From positions 3,136,001-3,200,000 of the forward strand of contig OZ240215.1 of the NCBI GenBank assembly GCA_965197585.1: 64,000 nt of DNA, given 5' to 3'. The notes below the pieces were generated by a model that had not been told where the DNA came from, searched no databases, and was given only the letters and a program-made list of their open reading frames with translations. This stretch comes from Dehalococcoidia bacterium. GTDB lineage: Bacteria > Chloroflexota > Dehalococcoidia > Plut-88900. Position numbers and translations under genes: made by a program. Each line of letters begins with the position of its first letter. Positions within the stretch are counted from its first letter, which is position 1. This document shows, piece after piece, positions 20,432-30,235 of this stretch.

Positions 20432-21988
20432 TTGGCTACCGATTGGGATGCAGTAATCATCGGCGGTGGACACAACGGGCTGGTCGCGGCCTGCTACATG
20501 GCAAAGGCCGGCCTGAAAGTAGCGGTCCTGGAGCGAAGGGAGGTCGTGGGTGGGGCATCGGTGACGGAAGAGACCTTCCCCGGCTTCCGAATCTCGACCG
20601 CAGCGATGGTTGGGGGTTTGCTCAAACCAAAGATCGCCGCCGACCTCGAGCTCCACAAGTTCGGCTACGGCCCCCTGGTCCCCTACGACCCCGTGGCCCT
20701 GCAGCTCTACCCCGACAACCGCTACATGCTCTGGTGGAGCGATCCCGTCAAGACTCTCGATGAGTTCGCAAAGTTCTCCCGAAAGGATGGCGAGGCATTC
20801 CTGGACCTGCGTAAGCGCATGGACAGGCTCGCCGCTGTGCTCAAGCCCCTCGAACTGAGACCCCCGCTCAGCGTCGAGGAGATCTCCAGGCAGTTCTCGG
20901 ACCCCGAGGACGCCTACTTCTTCCAGGAAGTGTTGGTCAGCCCCATGAAGGACTTCCTGGACGCCCGCTTCGAGACCGAGGAAGCGAAGGCCAGTGTCTG
21001 CTCGAATGGCGTGGTAGGTCTGGCGGCCGGGCCCTACTCCCCGGGCAGCGTCTATATGATGCTCCACTACTGGCCCGAGCTTGGCATCCCCATAGGCGCC
21101 GTTCCCGGAGGCATGGGCGGGATAACTGCGGCCCTGGCCCGTTGCGCCCGCAGCCACGGCGCCGAGGTGCGCACGGAAGCCGAGGTGGCCCGAGTAATCG
21201 TTCGTGATGAGAAGGCGTCAGGGGTGGAGCTGCTGAACGGCGAGGTCTTAAATGCCCGCGTAGTCCTCTCCAACGCCGACCCCAAGCGCAGCCTCCTCGG
21301 TCTCCTGGAACCCGACCACCTTGAAGAGAGCTTCCGCCGCAGACTGACATCGGTGAGAAGCGAGGGCATCGTATTCAAGATCAACCTCGCCCTCAGCGAG
21401 CTTCCCGACTTCACCGCCATCCCCGGCAAGGAGCTCGGGCCACAGCACATCGGCCCTTTCAAGATCTGCCCCTCGGTGGACTACCTGGAACGCGCCTGGG
21501 ACGACGCCAAGTTCGGACGGACGTCCCGAGAGCCCTACATGTACTGCGTCATCCACTCGGCGACTGACTCGACCATCGTGCCGGAGGGCAAGCACAGCAT
21601 GGGCGTTTTCGTCCAGTACGCTCCCTACCACCTCCGAGACACCGACTGGGAAACGGAGCGCGACATCTTCGGCAAACGCTGCATCGACACCCTCGCCCAG
21701 TACGCTCCCAACATCCCGGATGCCATCATCGACTACCAGTTCCTGTCGCCCAAGGACCTGGAGGAGAAGCTGTACCTGACCCACGGCCACATGTTCCACG
21801 CCGAAAACGCCCTTGCCCAACTCTTCAACGCCCGCCCGATACGCGGCATGAGCGACTACCGTACCCCGATACCCGGCTACTACCTATGCGGAGCAGGCAC
21901 CCATCCCGGAGGCACGGTCAGAGGCGCCCCCGGCCACAACGCCGCCCACGAGGCCATAAGGGACCTCCGCGAAGGCGTGGTGGGGTAA
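20432..21988 (+). CDS. phytoene-dehydrogenase-like FAD oxidoreductase
   Basis: GGGHNGLVAA, YLCGAGTHPGG.V.GAPGHNAA; TTG start inferred after GGAGG. Confidence 0.85.
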   Translation: MATDWDAVIIGGGHNGLVAACYMAKAGLKVAVLERREVVGGASVTEETFPGFRISTAAMVGGLLKPKIAADLELHKFGYGPLVPYDPVALQLYPDNRYMLWWSDPVKTLDEFAKFSRKDGEAFLDLRKRMDRLAAVLKPLELRPPLSVEEISRQFSDPEDAYFFQEVLVSPMKDFLDARFETEEAKASVCSNGVVGLAAGPYSPGSVYMMLHYWPELGIPIGAVPGGMGGITAALARCARSHGAEVRTEAEVARVIVRDEKASGVELLNGEVLNARVVLSNADPKRSLLGLLEPDHLEESFRRRLTSVRSEGIVFKINLALSELPDFTAIPGKELGPQHIGPFKICPSVDYLERAWDDAKFGRTSREPYMYCVIHSATDSTIVPEGKHSMGVFVQYAPYHLRDTDWETERDIFGKRCIDTLAQYAPNIPDAIIDYQFLSPKDLEEKLYLTHGHMFHAENALAQLFNARPIRGMSDYRTPIPGYYLCGAGTHPGGTVRGAPGHNAAHEAIRDLREGVVG

Positions 21989-22122
21989 TTCCCCATCTCG
22001 TGACGAGTCGCAGATGCACTAAGGCGTAGCCTCTGCATTGCCTGTGTTGGGGGGCATAGGCCGCTCGTGCTGTCATAGATCCGCCGAGGCGGGAGGCTCT
22101 CGAAGTGTGAGCGGGGGTCTTA

Positions 22123-22161
22123 TCCCCTCTCCCTCGATGGGAGAGGGCTAGGGTGAGGGTG
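22123..22161. repeat. REP-like palindrome family C (representative)
   Basis: CCCTCTCCC-loop-GGGAGAGGG-TAGGGTGAGGGT; relatives near 18832, 34151, 39511, 40270, 43231. Confidence 0.8.
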
Positions 22162-22211
22162 ATTCCGGAATGTCTACGATATAAGTACGCGAGGCTCTTA
22201 CCGTAGCCCCC

Positions 22212-23252
22212 CTAAAACATCTCCCCCTCCGCCCCATTCTTCGAAGCCGGCACCGGCAGCAAGGGTAACTCCGCAGCCTCCCGGATGAGGTTCTCCAGGG
22301 ATAAAGCCATAGACTTGTTCTCCCTGAGAAAGTCCTTCGAGTTCTCCCGGCCCTGCCCCAGCCGAGTCCCCTCCCACGAGTAGAATGCCCCGCTTTTTTT
22401 GAGTATCCCGTACAGCACGCCCAGGTCCACCAAGTCGGCTACCCGGCTGATCCCCTCATTGAACATGATGTCGAACTCCGCCACCCGGAAGGGCGCAGCC
22501 ACCTTGTTCTTCACCACCTTCGCCCGCACCCGGTTCCCGACTATCGCCGATTGATGCTTTATCGACTCGATGCGCCGTAGGTCTATCCGCACCGAGCTAT
22601 AGAACTTCAGCGCCCGACCCCCCGGCGTCACCTCCGGACTCCCGAACATGACCCCGACCTTCTCCCGGAGCTGGTTGATGAACACCACGGCACAATTCGA
22701 GCGGCTCGTGGCCGCGGTTAGCTTGCGCAGCGCCTGCGACATCAGCCGAGCCTGCAGCCCGACGTGCGTGTCCCCCATCTCCCCCTCTATCTCCGCCCTC
22801 GGCACCAGCGCCGCCACCGAGTCCACCACCACAATGTCCACCGCGTTGGACCGGATCAGCGCCTCGGCGATTTCCAGGGCCTGCTCACCGGTGTCGGGCT
22901 GTGAGATGAGGAGCTCGTCGACATTGATGCCGCACTTGGCGGCGTAGGACGGGTCCATGGCGTGCTCGGCGTCGATATATGCCGCCATGCCCCCCGAGGC
23001 CTGTGACTGGGCCATCAGGTGCTGACCGAGAGTAGACTTCCCCGCCGACTCCGCGCCGAACACCTCGCAGATCCGCCCCTTGGGCACCCCCCCGATCCCG
23101 AGCGCAATGTCGAGACCCAGGGATCCCGTCGGTATCGCCTCGACCTCCATGCCGCTGCGGGCGTCCCCCAACCGCATGATCGACCCCTGTCCAAACTGCT
23201 TCTCAATCTGCCCAAGGGCCAAATCCAGTGCCTTATTTTTTTCCGTCGTCAT
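22212..23252 (-). CDS. recA: recombinase RecA
   Basis: [39 protein letters not shown]. Confidence 0.99.
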   Translation of the reverse strand: MTTEKNKALDLALGQIEKQFGQGSIMRLGDARSGMEVEAIPTGSLGLDIALGIGGVPKGRICEVFGAESAGKSTLGQHLMAQSQASGGMAAYIDAEHAMDPSYAAKCGINVDELLISQPDTGEQALEIAEALIRSNAVDIVVVDSVAALVPRAEIEGEMGDTHVGLQARLMSQALRKLTAATSRSNCAVVFINQLREKVGVMFGSPEVTPGGRALKFYSSVRIDLRRIESIKHQSAIVGNRVRAKVVKNKVAAPFRVAEFDIMFNEGISRVADLVDLGVLYGILKKSGAFYSWEGTRLGQGRENSKDFLRENKSMALSLENLIREAAELPLLPVPASKNGAEGEMF

Positions 23253-23308
23253 GGTAGCGATAATAGCACGCGCCCTTTCCCATCGACAATTGCCTGCGAC
23301 CTACCGTT

Positions 23309-23322
23309 AGGATATGTGTTCT
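23309..23322 (-). promoter_or_regulatory. putative LexA box upstream of recA
   Basis: AGAAC-ACAT-ATCCT on minus strand, imperfect match to GAAC-N4-GTTC, about 57 bp upstream of the recA start. Confidence 0.45.
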
Positions 23323-23378
23323 ACACCATCGTGTCAACCGCTAGCCTTGCCAAGAGGATGGGTCATTCAGCTCAACTC

Positions 23379-23590
23379 CGTCATTCCCGACCCTAATTTG
23401 GCTGAAGGTGCGCCTTAGGCGTGAATCCACCCGATGGAGGGGCCGCTCAGCGTGTCGTAGATCCGCCGAGGCGGAAGCTTAGTCGAAGGGTCGAGCGGGG
23501 CGGTGACCCCGTACTGCCAATCCATCGCGCCCGCCCCGACTCCCAACCCACCCCCTTCTCCCCTGTCATTCCGAAGCCCCGCGAGGAATC
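23379..23590. repeat. mosaic cluster of REP-like palindromes
   Basis: Contains GTCATTCC...GGAATC, CCGCTCA...TCGAAGGGTCGAGCGG and ATCCGCCGAGGCGGA units that recur across the window. Confidence 0.75.
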
Positions 23591-23724
23591 TAGGGCTTGC
23601 CCATTCACGCCTCAACCCCCGAGCCGCACCCACGCTTGGTGGACCCACCGGGGTCCGCTACAATCCCGGACCATTTACACCGGCCCCACACCAACAAACA
23701 CCGGGGTCGAGAAAGGAACACTCA

Positions 23725-24009
23725 ATGGGAATGGACGTATGGGCAGTCAAGACGGAGCATATTGATTCACCCAAAGGGTCGGTGCGGGAATTCCTGTTCG
23801 ATTTGGCCGGAGAAGATCTGCCCGAGGGTTGGATTGGGGGCTGGGACGGCAATGTGTTCTTGCAGATCCTCAGGGAGGACTTGGAACGTAGGGCGAGGGA
23901 TTACACTTCCGAGCAGTGCCTATCCCAAACCGATGCCGATAAGCTGCTATCTTGGGTGGAGGCTCTACCGTGGGAGCGCGATGACATCACCTTGCACTTG
24001 GGGTGGTAG
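23725..24009 (+). CDS. hypothetical protein
   Basis: AAGGA RBS before ATG 23725; 94-aa globular-looking ORF. Confidence 0.6.
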   Translation: MGMDVWAVKTEHIDSPKGSVREFLFDLAGEDLPEGWIGGWDGNVFLQILREDLERRARDYTSEQCLSQTDADKLLSWVEALPWERDDITLHLGW

Positions 24010-24081
24010 GAGGACGGATTTCTCATGTATGATTCACTAAGGGAAGGGTCAGGCCTTTTGTATGAAGGAAAATTGATCTCA

Positions 24082-24984
24082 ATGGACTACCTGAACAAAG
24101 TCTTGCTTGGTGATTGCGAGGAAGTCCTTAAAGGTATTCCCGACAACTCTGTAGACCTTATATTTACATCCCCTCCCTACGCTGACCAACGTAGAAGAAC
24201 CTACGGCGGCATTCGTCCTGATGACTACGTTGACTGGTTCATGCCTAAAGCTGACCAGTTTTACCGCGTCCTTCAGTCGACAGGGACATTCGTTCTTAAT
24301 ATCAAGGAACGGGTTGTGAATGGTGAGCGGCATACCTACGTAATGGAACTGATACTGGAAATGAAGAGACGCGGGTGGCTCTGGACCGAAGAATTTATTT
24401 GGCACAAGAAGAACTCGTATCCTGGCAAGTGGCCTAATCGCTTCCGAGACAACTGGGAAAGGCTTATCCAGTTCAACAAGGAAAAGAAGTTCCACATGTA
24501 CCAAGAGGCTGTAATGGTGCCTGTGGGAGATTGGGCCAAGCACAGACTAGCAAACCTGAGCGAGACCGACCGTATAAGAGACGAGTCTAAGGTCGGCAGC
24601 GGGTTTGGTAAGAACATCTCCAACTGGCTTGGCCGCGATATGGTCTATCCCAACAACGTTCTCCACATATCCACCGAGTGCGGCAACAGAAACCATAGTG
24701 CGGCATTCCCCGTCGGGCTCCCATCCTGGTTTATCAAGCTGTTTACTGAAGCAGAGGACGTTGTGTTGGATCCCTTCGTGGGGTCGGGTAGTACGCTTAT
24801 TGCAGCGATGGATCTTGGCAGGAGCTACATCGGCATAGACATCAATCCCGCATACGTCGGTATAAGCCGTAGTCGCGTCTTAGAGAAACCATTTCGTCTG
24901 CCAGGTATTGCAGAAGAGAAACAGAATGGCTATGCGCTTTCCAATACTGAACCGGTAGTCCATCATGCAACCACTGGACATTGA
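24082..24984 (+). CDS. site-specific DNA methyltransferase (beta class, probably m4C)
   Basis: DLIFTSPPY precedes VLDPFVGSGST; HSAAFP. Confidence 0.92.
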   Translation: MDYLNKVLLGDCEEVLKGIPDNSVDLIFTSPPYADQRRRTYGGIRPDDYVDWFMPKADQFYRVLQSTGTFVLNIKERVVNGERHTYVMELILEMKRRGWLWTEEFIWHKKNSYPGKWPNRFRDNWERLIQFNKEKKFHMYQEAVMVPVGDWAKHRLANLSETDRIRDESKVGSGFGKNISNWLGRDMVYPNNVLHISTECGNRNHSAAFPVGLPSWFIKLFTEAEDVVLDPFVGSGSTLIAAMDLGRSYIGIDINPAYVGISRSRVLEKPFRLPGIAEEKQNGYALSNTEPVVHHATTGH

Positions 24985-25744
24985 GAACTTGACCGGCTTT
25001 GTCAATGACAACATAGTCGAGTTTCACAAGGCTAGGCACAAATCTCTGGAAGAGCTTAAGCTTAAAAAGCTTCTAGAGAAGAATCCGTATCTCCTGAAGG
25101 CCAAATACTTGGAATCCGCTCCGGAACTAATCGGAGGATTGATGGATGCCTACCTCTCTTCATCGGAGGAAAAGCTATTCGGTGATTTTCTGGAAGGCTT
25201 GGCAGTTTATGTCGCTCAGCAAACGACAGGAGGGCACAAATCGAGTGCTCAGGGAATAGACTTGGAATTTATCCATAATGGTATTCATTACATCGTATCG
25301 GTCAAGTCTGGCCCGAACTGGGGCAACAGCTCCCAGCATGCAAGACAGACCGATGACTTTAACACTGCAGTTGGTAGGATAAAGCAATCCTCCCGATCAT
25401 CAAATGTTGAGGCCGTCCTCGGGATCTGTTACGGCAAAACCAGAACTACTCGTACCAAATCAGGATACTTGAAAGTTGTGGGGCAGAACTTTTGGTACTT
25501 CATAAGCGAGAATGAGAACCTCTATATCGACATTGTAGAACCCGTTGGTTATAAAGCCAAGGAATACAACGAGGAATACTTTCAGAAGAAAAACGAGGCA
25601 ACTAACCGGCTCGTGCGCGATTTCATCGCTGAATTCTGCTCACGGTCCGGAGCAATTGACTGGAAAAAACTAGTCCGTTACAACAGTGGAAACTTCAAAC
25701 TGGAGAAGTTCTCTACCTATTTTCCACCTCCTCCCAAACTGTGA
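24965..25744 (+). CDS. type II restriction endonuclease (PmeII-like)
   Basis: NPYL, SSEExxFG, GIDLEF, VKSGPNWGNSSQ; overlaps the MTase; lower GC. Confidence 0.75.
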   Translation: MQPLDIENLTGFVNDNIVEFHKARHKSLEELKLKKLLEKNPYLLKAKYLESAPELIGGLMDAYLSSSEEKLFGDFLEGLAVYVAQQTTGGHKSSAQGIDLEFIHNGIHYIVSVKSGPNWGNSSQHARQTDDFNTAVGRIKQSSRSSNVEAVLGICYGKTRTTRTKSGYLKVVGQNFWYFISENENLYIDIVEPVGYKAKEYNEEYFQKKNEATNRLVRDFIAEFCSRSGAIDWKKLVRYNSGNFKLEKFSTYFPPPPKL

Positions 25745-25869
25745 CGTCAACGCCCTTGACCCACCTGAACACCCGTACTGTCATCGACGCCGCTCGAACA
25801 TGATCCCCCGGTAGCGGTTGGCTATTGGCACATGGAGGCGTTGACGGTTGAGGGAATGGGATTATCTAA

Positions 25870-26034
25870 CTAGAAGATTGCTTTAAGTAAGTAACCCACC
25901 AAATTCTCCGGTGCGCCAAATCCCGAGAAAGATACGTCTGCTCCAAACAACGCGCAAACAATATCTGTCAGCGTAGCGACTGTGATAACGTAAAGGGCTA
26001 CGGGCGATTTTATTACGTTAATAGCGTCCAACAT
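25870..26034 (-). CDS. small hydrophobic protein (54 aa, below ORF-track cutoff)
   Basis: MLDAINVIKSPVALYVITVATLTDIVCALFGADVSFSGFGAPENLVGYLLKAIF; GGAAGGG upstream of ATG. Confidence 0.5.
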   Translation of the reverse strand: MLDAINVIKSPVALYVITVATLTDIVCALFGADVSFSGFGAPENLVGYLLKAIF

Positions 26035-26417
26035 GGATATACCCTTCCAATCTATAGTTCTATAACCTATTTTATCATACGTCAGGTGACCATCACCCCT
26101 TCCCCCTCCCCCTGGGGGATGGATTCACGCCATAGCCGCACTTACAGCCCGATTGGAGTCGGGAATGACGGAAGGAGGGATGGGGCTATGCCGGGCCTCC
26201 CACCCCACCCCATGCTAAAATTTCCTTGGAGGCCCTATGCAAGACGCACCCACCGCCGAGCCGGGACCCCTCCCCAAGGGCTTTGGGGCCGCTCACCCTG
26301 AGCTAGCTGAAAGTCCGCCGAGGCGGATCGAAGGGTCGAGCGGGGCGCGGCCCTGCGTTGTCAATCCGTCGTGGTTGTCCTCCGACAGTGACACCACCTC
26401 CCTCCCCCCTTGGTAAC

Positions 26418-26458
26418 GATATATCAGCCATGTTGCAGAGCAACATGGCTGATATATC
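26418..26458. repeat. perfect 19-bp inverted repeat
   Basis: GATATATCAGCCATGTTGC-AGA-GCAACATGGCTGATATATC. Confidence 0.9.
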
Positions 26459-26520
26459 AATAAAACAGGGCGGGTGGGTGGGACTTAACTTATTCCGGAA
26501 GGTCGGACGGCCCCTCCCCC

Positions 26521-26568
26521 AAAAGTGACACGAACCCCTTGACTCAAGCCGTACACATGTACTATATT
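26521..26568 (+). promoter_or_regulatory. sigma70-like promoter with LexA-like palindrome, copy 1
   Basis: TTGACT(26539)-18-TATATT(26563); GTAC-ACAT-GTAC at 26551-26562; conserved at 43314-43361. Confidence 0.65.
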
Positions 26569-26574
26569 CACCCC

Positions 26575-27130
26575 CGATAGGCCAATCACTATTCTCAAGA
26601 CCAAGGAGGAACCAAAAACCCAGGGAAGCCCACCTGACCCACCCGAGGACTCAACGCCTAAGCCCATCCCAACGGCCTTCGCGCAGGCCAGCGGCACAAG
26701 CAAACGTCGCCATCTCCTCATCCCATCGGGTCCCGTGTCCCTTCCCTGACTCCCAGGCGATGGATGGTCCACAATTTTAAGCGGCACGCTCCCCTCAAAG
26801 GAGCCCTGCCCAAATGAGCCCCGCTCACGCCGGGCCAAACACCTCGGGCCTTTACGCCCTTGGAAATATCTCCCCCGTCGTTCCCTTCGGAGACCCCCAT
26901 GCAACCAGCGACGGCAGCGAGAAAACGTGCTCCCCACCCCTCCGAGTGGGTCAGCCAAAACTGGTGGTAGAGATGCCCTCAAGCGAGAACCCCTCGCTTG
27001 TCTACCACGTGATAACAGAAGCACGGGGCTGAACCAGGCTGGCCTCCCGCCCCCTGAATCCGAGTCCCGGACCTTCCATCGCCTACTCCCCAACAACCAA
27101 AACCAAACTCCTACCACAACTCAATATCTC
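26575..27130 (+). ncRNA. candidate large structured ncRNA, copy 1
   Basis: Rod domain closed by CAGGGAAG(26621)/CTTCCCTG(26741); stem 26755-26770/27069-27084 encloses 298 nt; A/C-rich tail; no credible ORF; paralog at 43368. Confidence 0.65.
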
Positions 27131-27215
27131 AGCGGGCTTGCCCCCATGTCATCCGCGGGCTCCGCGAGGGATCTGGGGCGGGGAATTCCGCTCAATCGCG
27201 AAACACCCTCCCCCC

Positions 27216-28841
27216 TCAAAACCCCCGATACCAGTTAACAATCGGCATCCGGCGGTCCCGCCCGAAGTTCCTCGGCGTGATCTTCACCCCAGGCGCCGCC
27301 TGCCGGCGCTTGTACTCGTTCCGGTCAACCGCCTTGATCACCCGCTTCACCATCTCCTCGTCGAACCCCATGCCTATGATGTCCGCCGGAGACTTGTCCT
27401 GCTCCACGTAGGCCTCCAGCACGGGGTCAAGAACGCTGTAGGGCGGCAGGCTGTCGGTGTCCTTCTGGTCGGGGCGCAGCTCTGCGCTGGGCTCCTTGTC
27501 GATAACGCTCTGAGGGATAACCGGGCTCGGGCCCCGGGCGTTGCGGGTCTCGGCCAGCTCGTAGACCAGCACCTTGGGCACGTCCTTGATCACCGCAAAC
27601 CCCCCGGCCATGTCGCCGTACAGGGTGCCGTAGCCCATCGCCATCTCGCTCTTGTTGCCCGTGGTCAGCACCAGCCACCCGAACTTGTTGGAGATCGCCA
27701 TCAACAGGTTCCCCCGCATCCGGGCCTGCAGGTTCTCCTCCGCGACGCCCGACCCCGTGCCCGCAAACAACGGGTCCAGAGAGTCGAGGCTCGACTGAAA
27801 CATATCCTCAATCGAGATGTTCCACAGCTTCACCCCGAGATTCTTCGCCAGCATGTCCGAATCGGCTATCGACCCTTCCGACGAGTACCGGGATGGCATT
27901 GTCACGACGACTACGTTCTCGGGCCCAAGGGCGTCCGCTGCGATGGTTGCCGTCAGGGTGGAATCGATCCCCCCCGACAGCCCGATTACGACCTTCTCGA
28001 AGCCATTTTTATAAACGTAGTCCCGCGTCCCGATAGTCAGTGCCTCGTAGACCTCTTCCAGATCGGCGAGAGCGGGCTCCGGTGCAGGGTCGACGGCGGG
28101 TTGAGTGGCGTCGGGATCGATGTCCACAATGAGCAGGTCCTCTTCGAACTGCTTGCCTCGCGCCAGCACATCCCCCGAGGGCGAAAATACGCAGCTTCCC
28201 CCATCAAATACCAGCTCGTCCTGCCCCCCGACCAGGTTGGTGTAGAAGACGTAGACCCCGTTGTCCCGTGCCCGGTCAGCCAGCATCTGCTCCCTGAACC
28301 GGCCCTTGCCCCGGTGATAGGGCGAGCCGTTGATGTTCATGATGACCCGCGCCCCGGCCTTGCTCTGGACGTTGGTCGGCCCCGACTCGTACCAAATGTC
28401 CTCACACACGTTCACCCCAACACACGTCCCGTTGATATCGAAGACCGGACATTCGCTGCCCGACTGGAAATAGCGCTGTTCGTCGAAGACGCCGTAGTTA
28501 GGGAGATGTACCTTGTGATATACGCCGAGGAGCTTGCGGTCCTGTATCACCGCCGCAGCGTTGAAAAGCTCCTCATTCCTATCGACGAACCCGACTACCA
28601 CGGCAATCCCCGCCGAATGCTCAATAACCTCGTCGAGACGCTCGCGGTTATCGCGAATGAGGTTGTTCTTATAGAGAAGGTCTTCGGGGGGGTAGCCCGT
28701 GATGGTCAGCTCGGGGAAGGATACGAGGTCGGCGCCCTCGGCCCGGGCCCGGTCGATATACTCGATGATCTTGGCCGTGTTGCCCCGCAAGTCGCCGACG
28801 GTGGTGTTGATCTGGGCGAGAGCTGCTCGGAGTTTAGTCAT
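27216..28841 (-). CDS. nadE: glutamine-dependent NAD+ synthetase
   Basis: Nitrilase domain (FPEL, K, VCED) plus SGGIDS, TGNKSE, YKRRQA. Confidence 0.97.
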   Translation of the reverse strand: MTKLRAALAQINTTVGDLRGNTAKIIEYIDRARAEGADLVSFPELTITGYPPEDLLYKNNLIRDNRERLDEVIEHSAGIAVVVGFVDRNEELFNAAAVIQDRKLLGVYHKVHLPNYGVFDEQRYFQSGSECPVFDINGTCVGVNVCEDIWYESGPTNVQSKAGARVIMNINGSPYHRGKGRFREQMLADRARDNGVYVFYTNLVGGQDELVFDGGSCVFSPSGDVLARGKQFEEDLLIVDIDPDATQPAVDPAPEPALADLEEVYEALTIGTRDYVYKNGFEKVVIGLSGGIDSTLTATIAADALGPENVVVVTMPSRYSSEGSIADSDMLAKNLGVKLWNISIEDMFQSSLDSLDPLFAGTGSGVAEENLQARMRGNLLMAISNKFGWLVLTTGNKSEMAMGYGTLYGDMAGGFAVIKDVPKVLVYELAETRNARGPSPVIPQSVIDKEPSAELRPDQKDTDSLPPYSVLDPVLEAYVEQDKSPADIIGMGFDEEMVKRVIKAVDRNEYKRRQAAPGVKITPRNFGRDRRMPIVNWYRGF

Positions 28842-29180
28842 GGCTCAACGAGGCAAGGGCCGGCTCCTCCGGCAAGGCTAGAGTATAGCACGGCCCCGAG
28901 CCCCTCACCCTAACCGGTACGCAGGATCGTCCCGAAGAAACCACCCCCACCCCCCTGTCATCCCGGCCCCGCGCTGCAAGTCCGCCTTATGCGGGAGGGA
29001 TATAGGACTTGCCCACTCACTAGCCTCTCTGTAAAACCATCCCTCGTGGTCCCTGTCCGTCATCCCGGCCCCGAGCCGGAATCCATCCCTGTAAGGGCAA
29101 CTCTCGTGGTTGCCCTGGGGCGTGGGGAGGAATCCCCTCTCACTCGGCCTAGTCATTCCCGCCCTTCTTATCGTCATTCC

Positions 29181-30235
29181 TGTAAGTGTTAGGTAATTCG
29201 TTGACAGATTGGTATTCAATGGGTAACCCAATCTGGAGGCGAAAATGCGAGACAACAGCAAGGACCTCACCCTTGAAAGGAACTACATTCAGAAGTGGCG
29301 ATTCCTCATACAGGAATACCGATTGGTCAAGGCCAGGAAGCACCCCCGATTCCGCTTCGCCCAGGACTTCTATGTCTTCCACGGCACTACACGTCAGACC
29401 TTTGCCAAGTACTACAACCGGTTCCTCCTCTCCCCCTCCGACGACTCCTTCTTCCCCCGTAAGCGGGGCCCAATTGGAAGAGCCGCCGTACCCTGCCCTA
29501 CATAGAGCAGAAGGTTCTCAGCGAATGCTTCAACGGTACCAATCGCTACGAGATATATGCCATACTCAAGCCCATCCTCAAACAGCACACCCCTAAGCCC
29601 TCTACCATCTACGCCATCACCAGACGCCACGGTGTTAATAGGCTCACAAAGCCGATGCAGCAATCGAAGCGCAAGATCATCAAGACCCGGGCAGGGGAGT
29701 TGGGGCACCTGGACAGCCACCACCTCAGCCGGGACCTCCTGGTAGACTCCAAGCGCCGTTACTACCTGGTAGCCCTCATCGACGCCTGCACCCGCTTGGC
29801 CTGGGCCGAAGTGGTCGGAGACATCAAGAGCCTTTCTGTGATGTTCGCAACCCTGAAATCCATCAACTTCCTTAATGCGGAGTACGGCATCAAATTCGAG
29901 GCCATCCTCACCGACAATGGCCCTGAGATGGCCTCGCCCAGGAACATTGAGGGCCACCCCATGGAACGGATGCTCAATGAGCTGGGCATAAAGCACCGCT
30001 ACACCCGCCCTTATAGGCCCCAGACCAACGGGAAGATAGAGCGGTTCTGGAGAACCCTGAACGAGGACCTGCTGGAGGGGACCACCTTCGAGTCGGTGGC
30101 CGAGCTGCGAGACGAACTGCAGCAATATCTGCTCTACTACAATACCCAAAGACCCCACCAGGCAATGGATGGAAAGACCCCTTTGGAAACCCTTCAATCC
30201 CTCTAATTCTGTCAACGAATTATCTGACATTTACA
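29181..30235 (+). mobile_element. IS481 family insertion sequence, copy 1
   Basis: TGT...ACA ends, ~28-bp imperfect TIRs (TGTAAGTGTTAGGTAATTCGTTGACAGA), ATTCC duplicated on both sides. Confidence 0.92.
29245..30206 (+). pseudogene. IS481 transposase with a 1-nt frameshift near 29471
   Basis: Split in two frames relative to intact copy 42139-43101 (GGCCCAATTGG versus GGTCCCGGGTGG); could also be a sequencing error. Confidence 0.8.

Noticed and set aside
26575-27130. Retron msr-msd, group II intron or OMEGA RNA interpretation of the elements
   Set aside because: No reverse transcriptase, IscB or TnpB in the window, no domain V motif seen, and the conserved part lies outside the long inverted repeat; not supportable here, though a trans-acting partner is not excluded.
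26485-27238. ORFs across ncRNA copy 1 (26485-27117, 26814-27032, 26927-27238) and copy 2 (43581-44076)
   Set aside because: Frames are not conserved between the two copies (indels in the aligned part) and compositions are not protein-like.
27138-28913. 591-aa plus-strand ORF
   Set aside because: Antisense shadow of nadE caused by GC-rich codon bias; no motifs.
29460-29480. Programmed frameshift in IS481 copy 1
   Set aside because: No slippery heptamer, and copy 2 is a single ORF; simple 1-nt loss or sequencing error.
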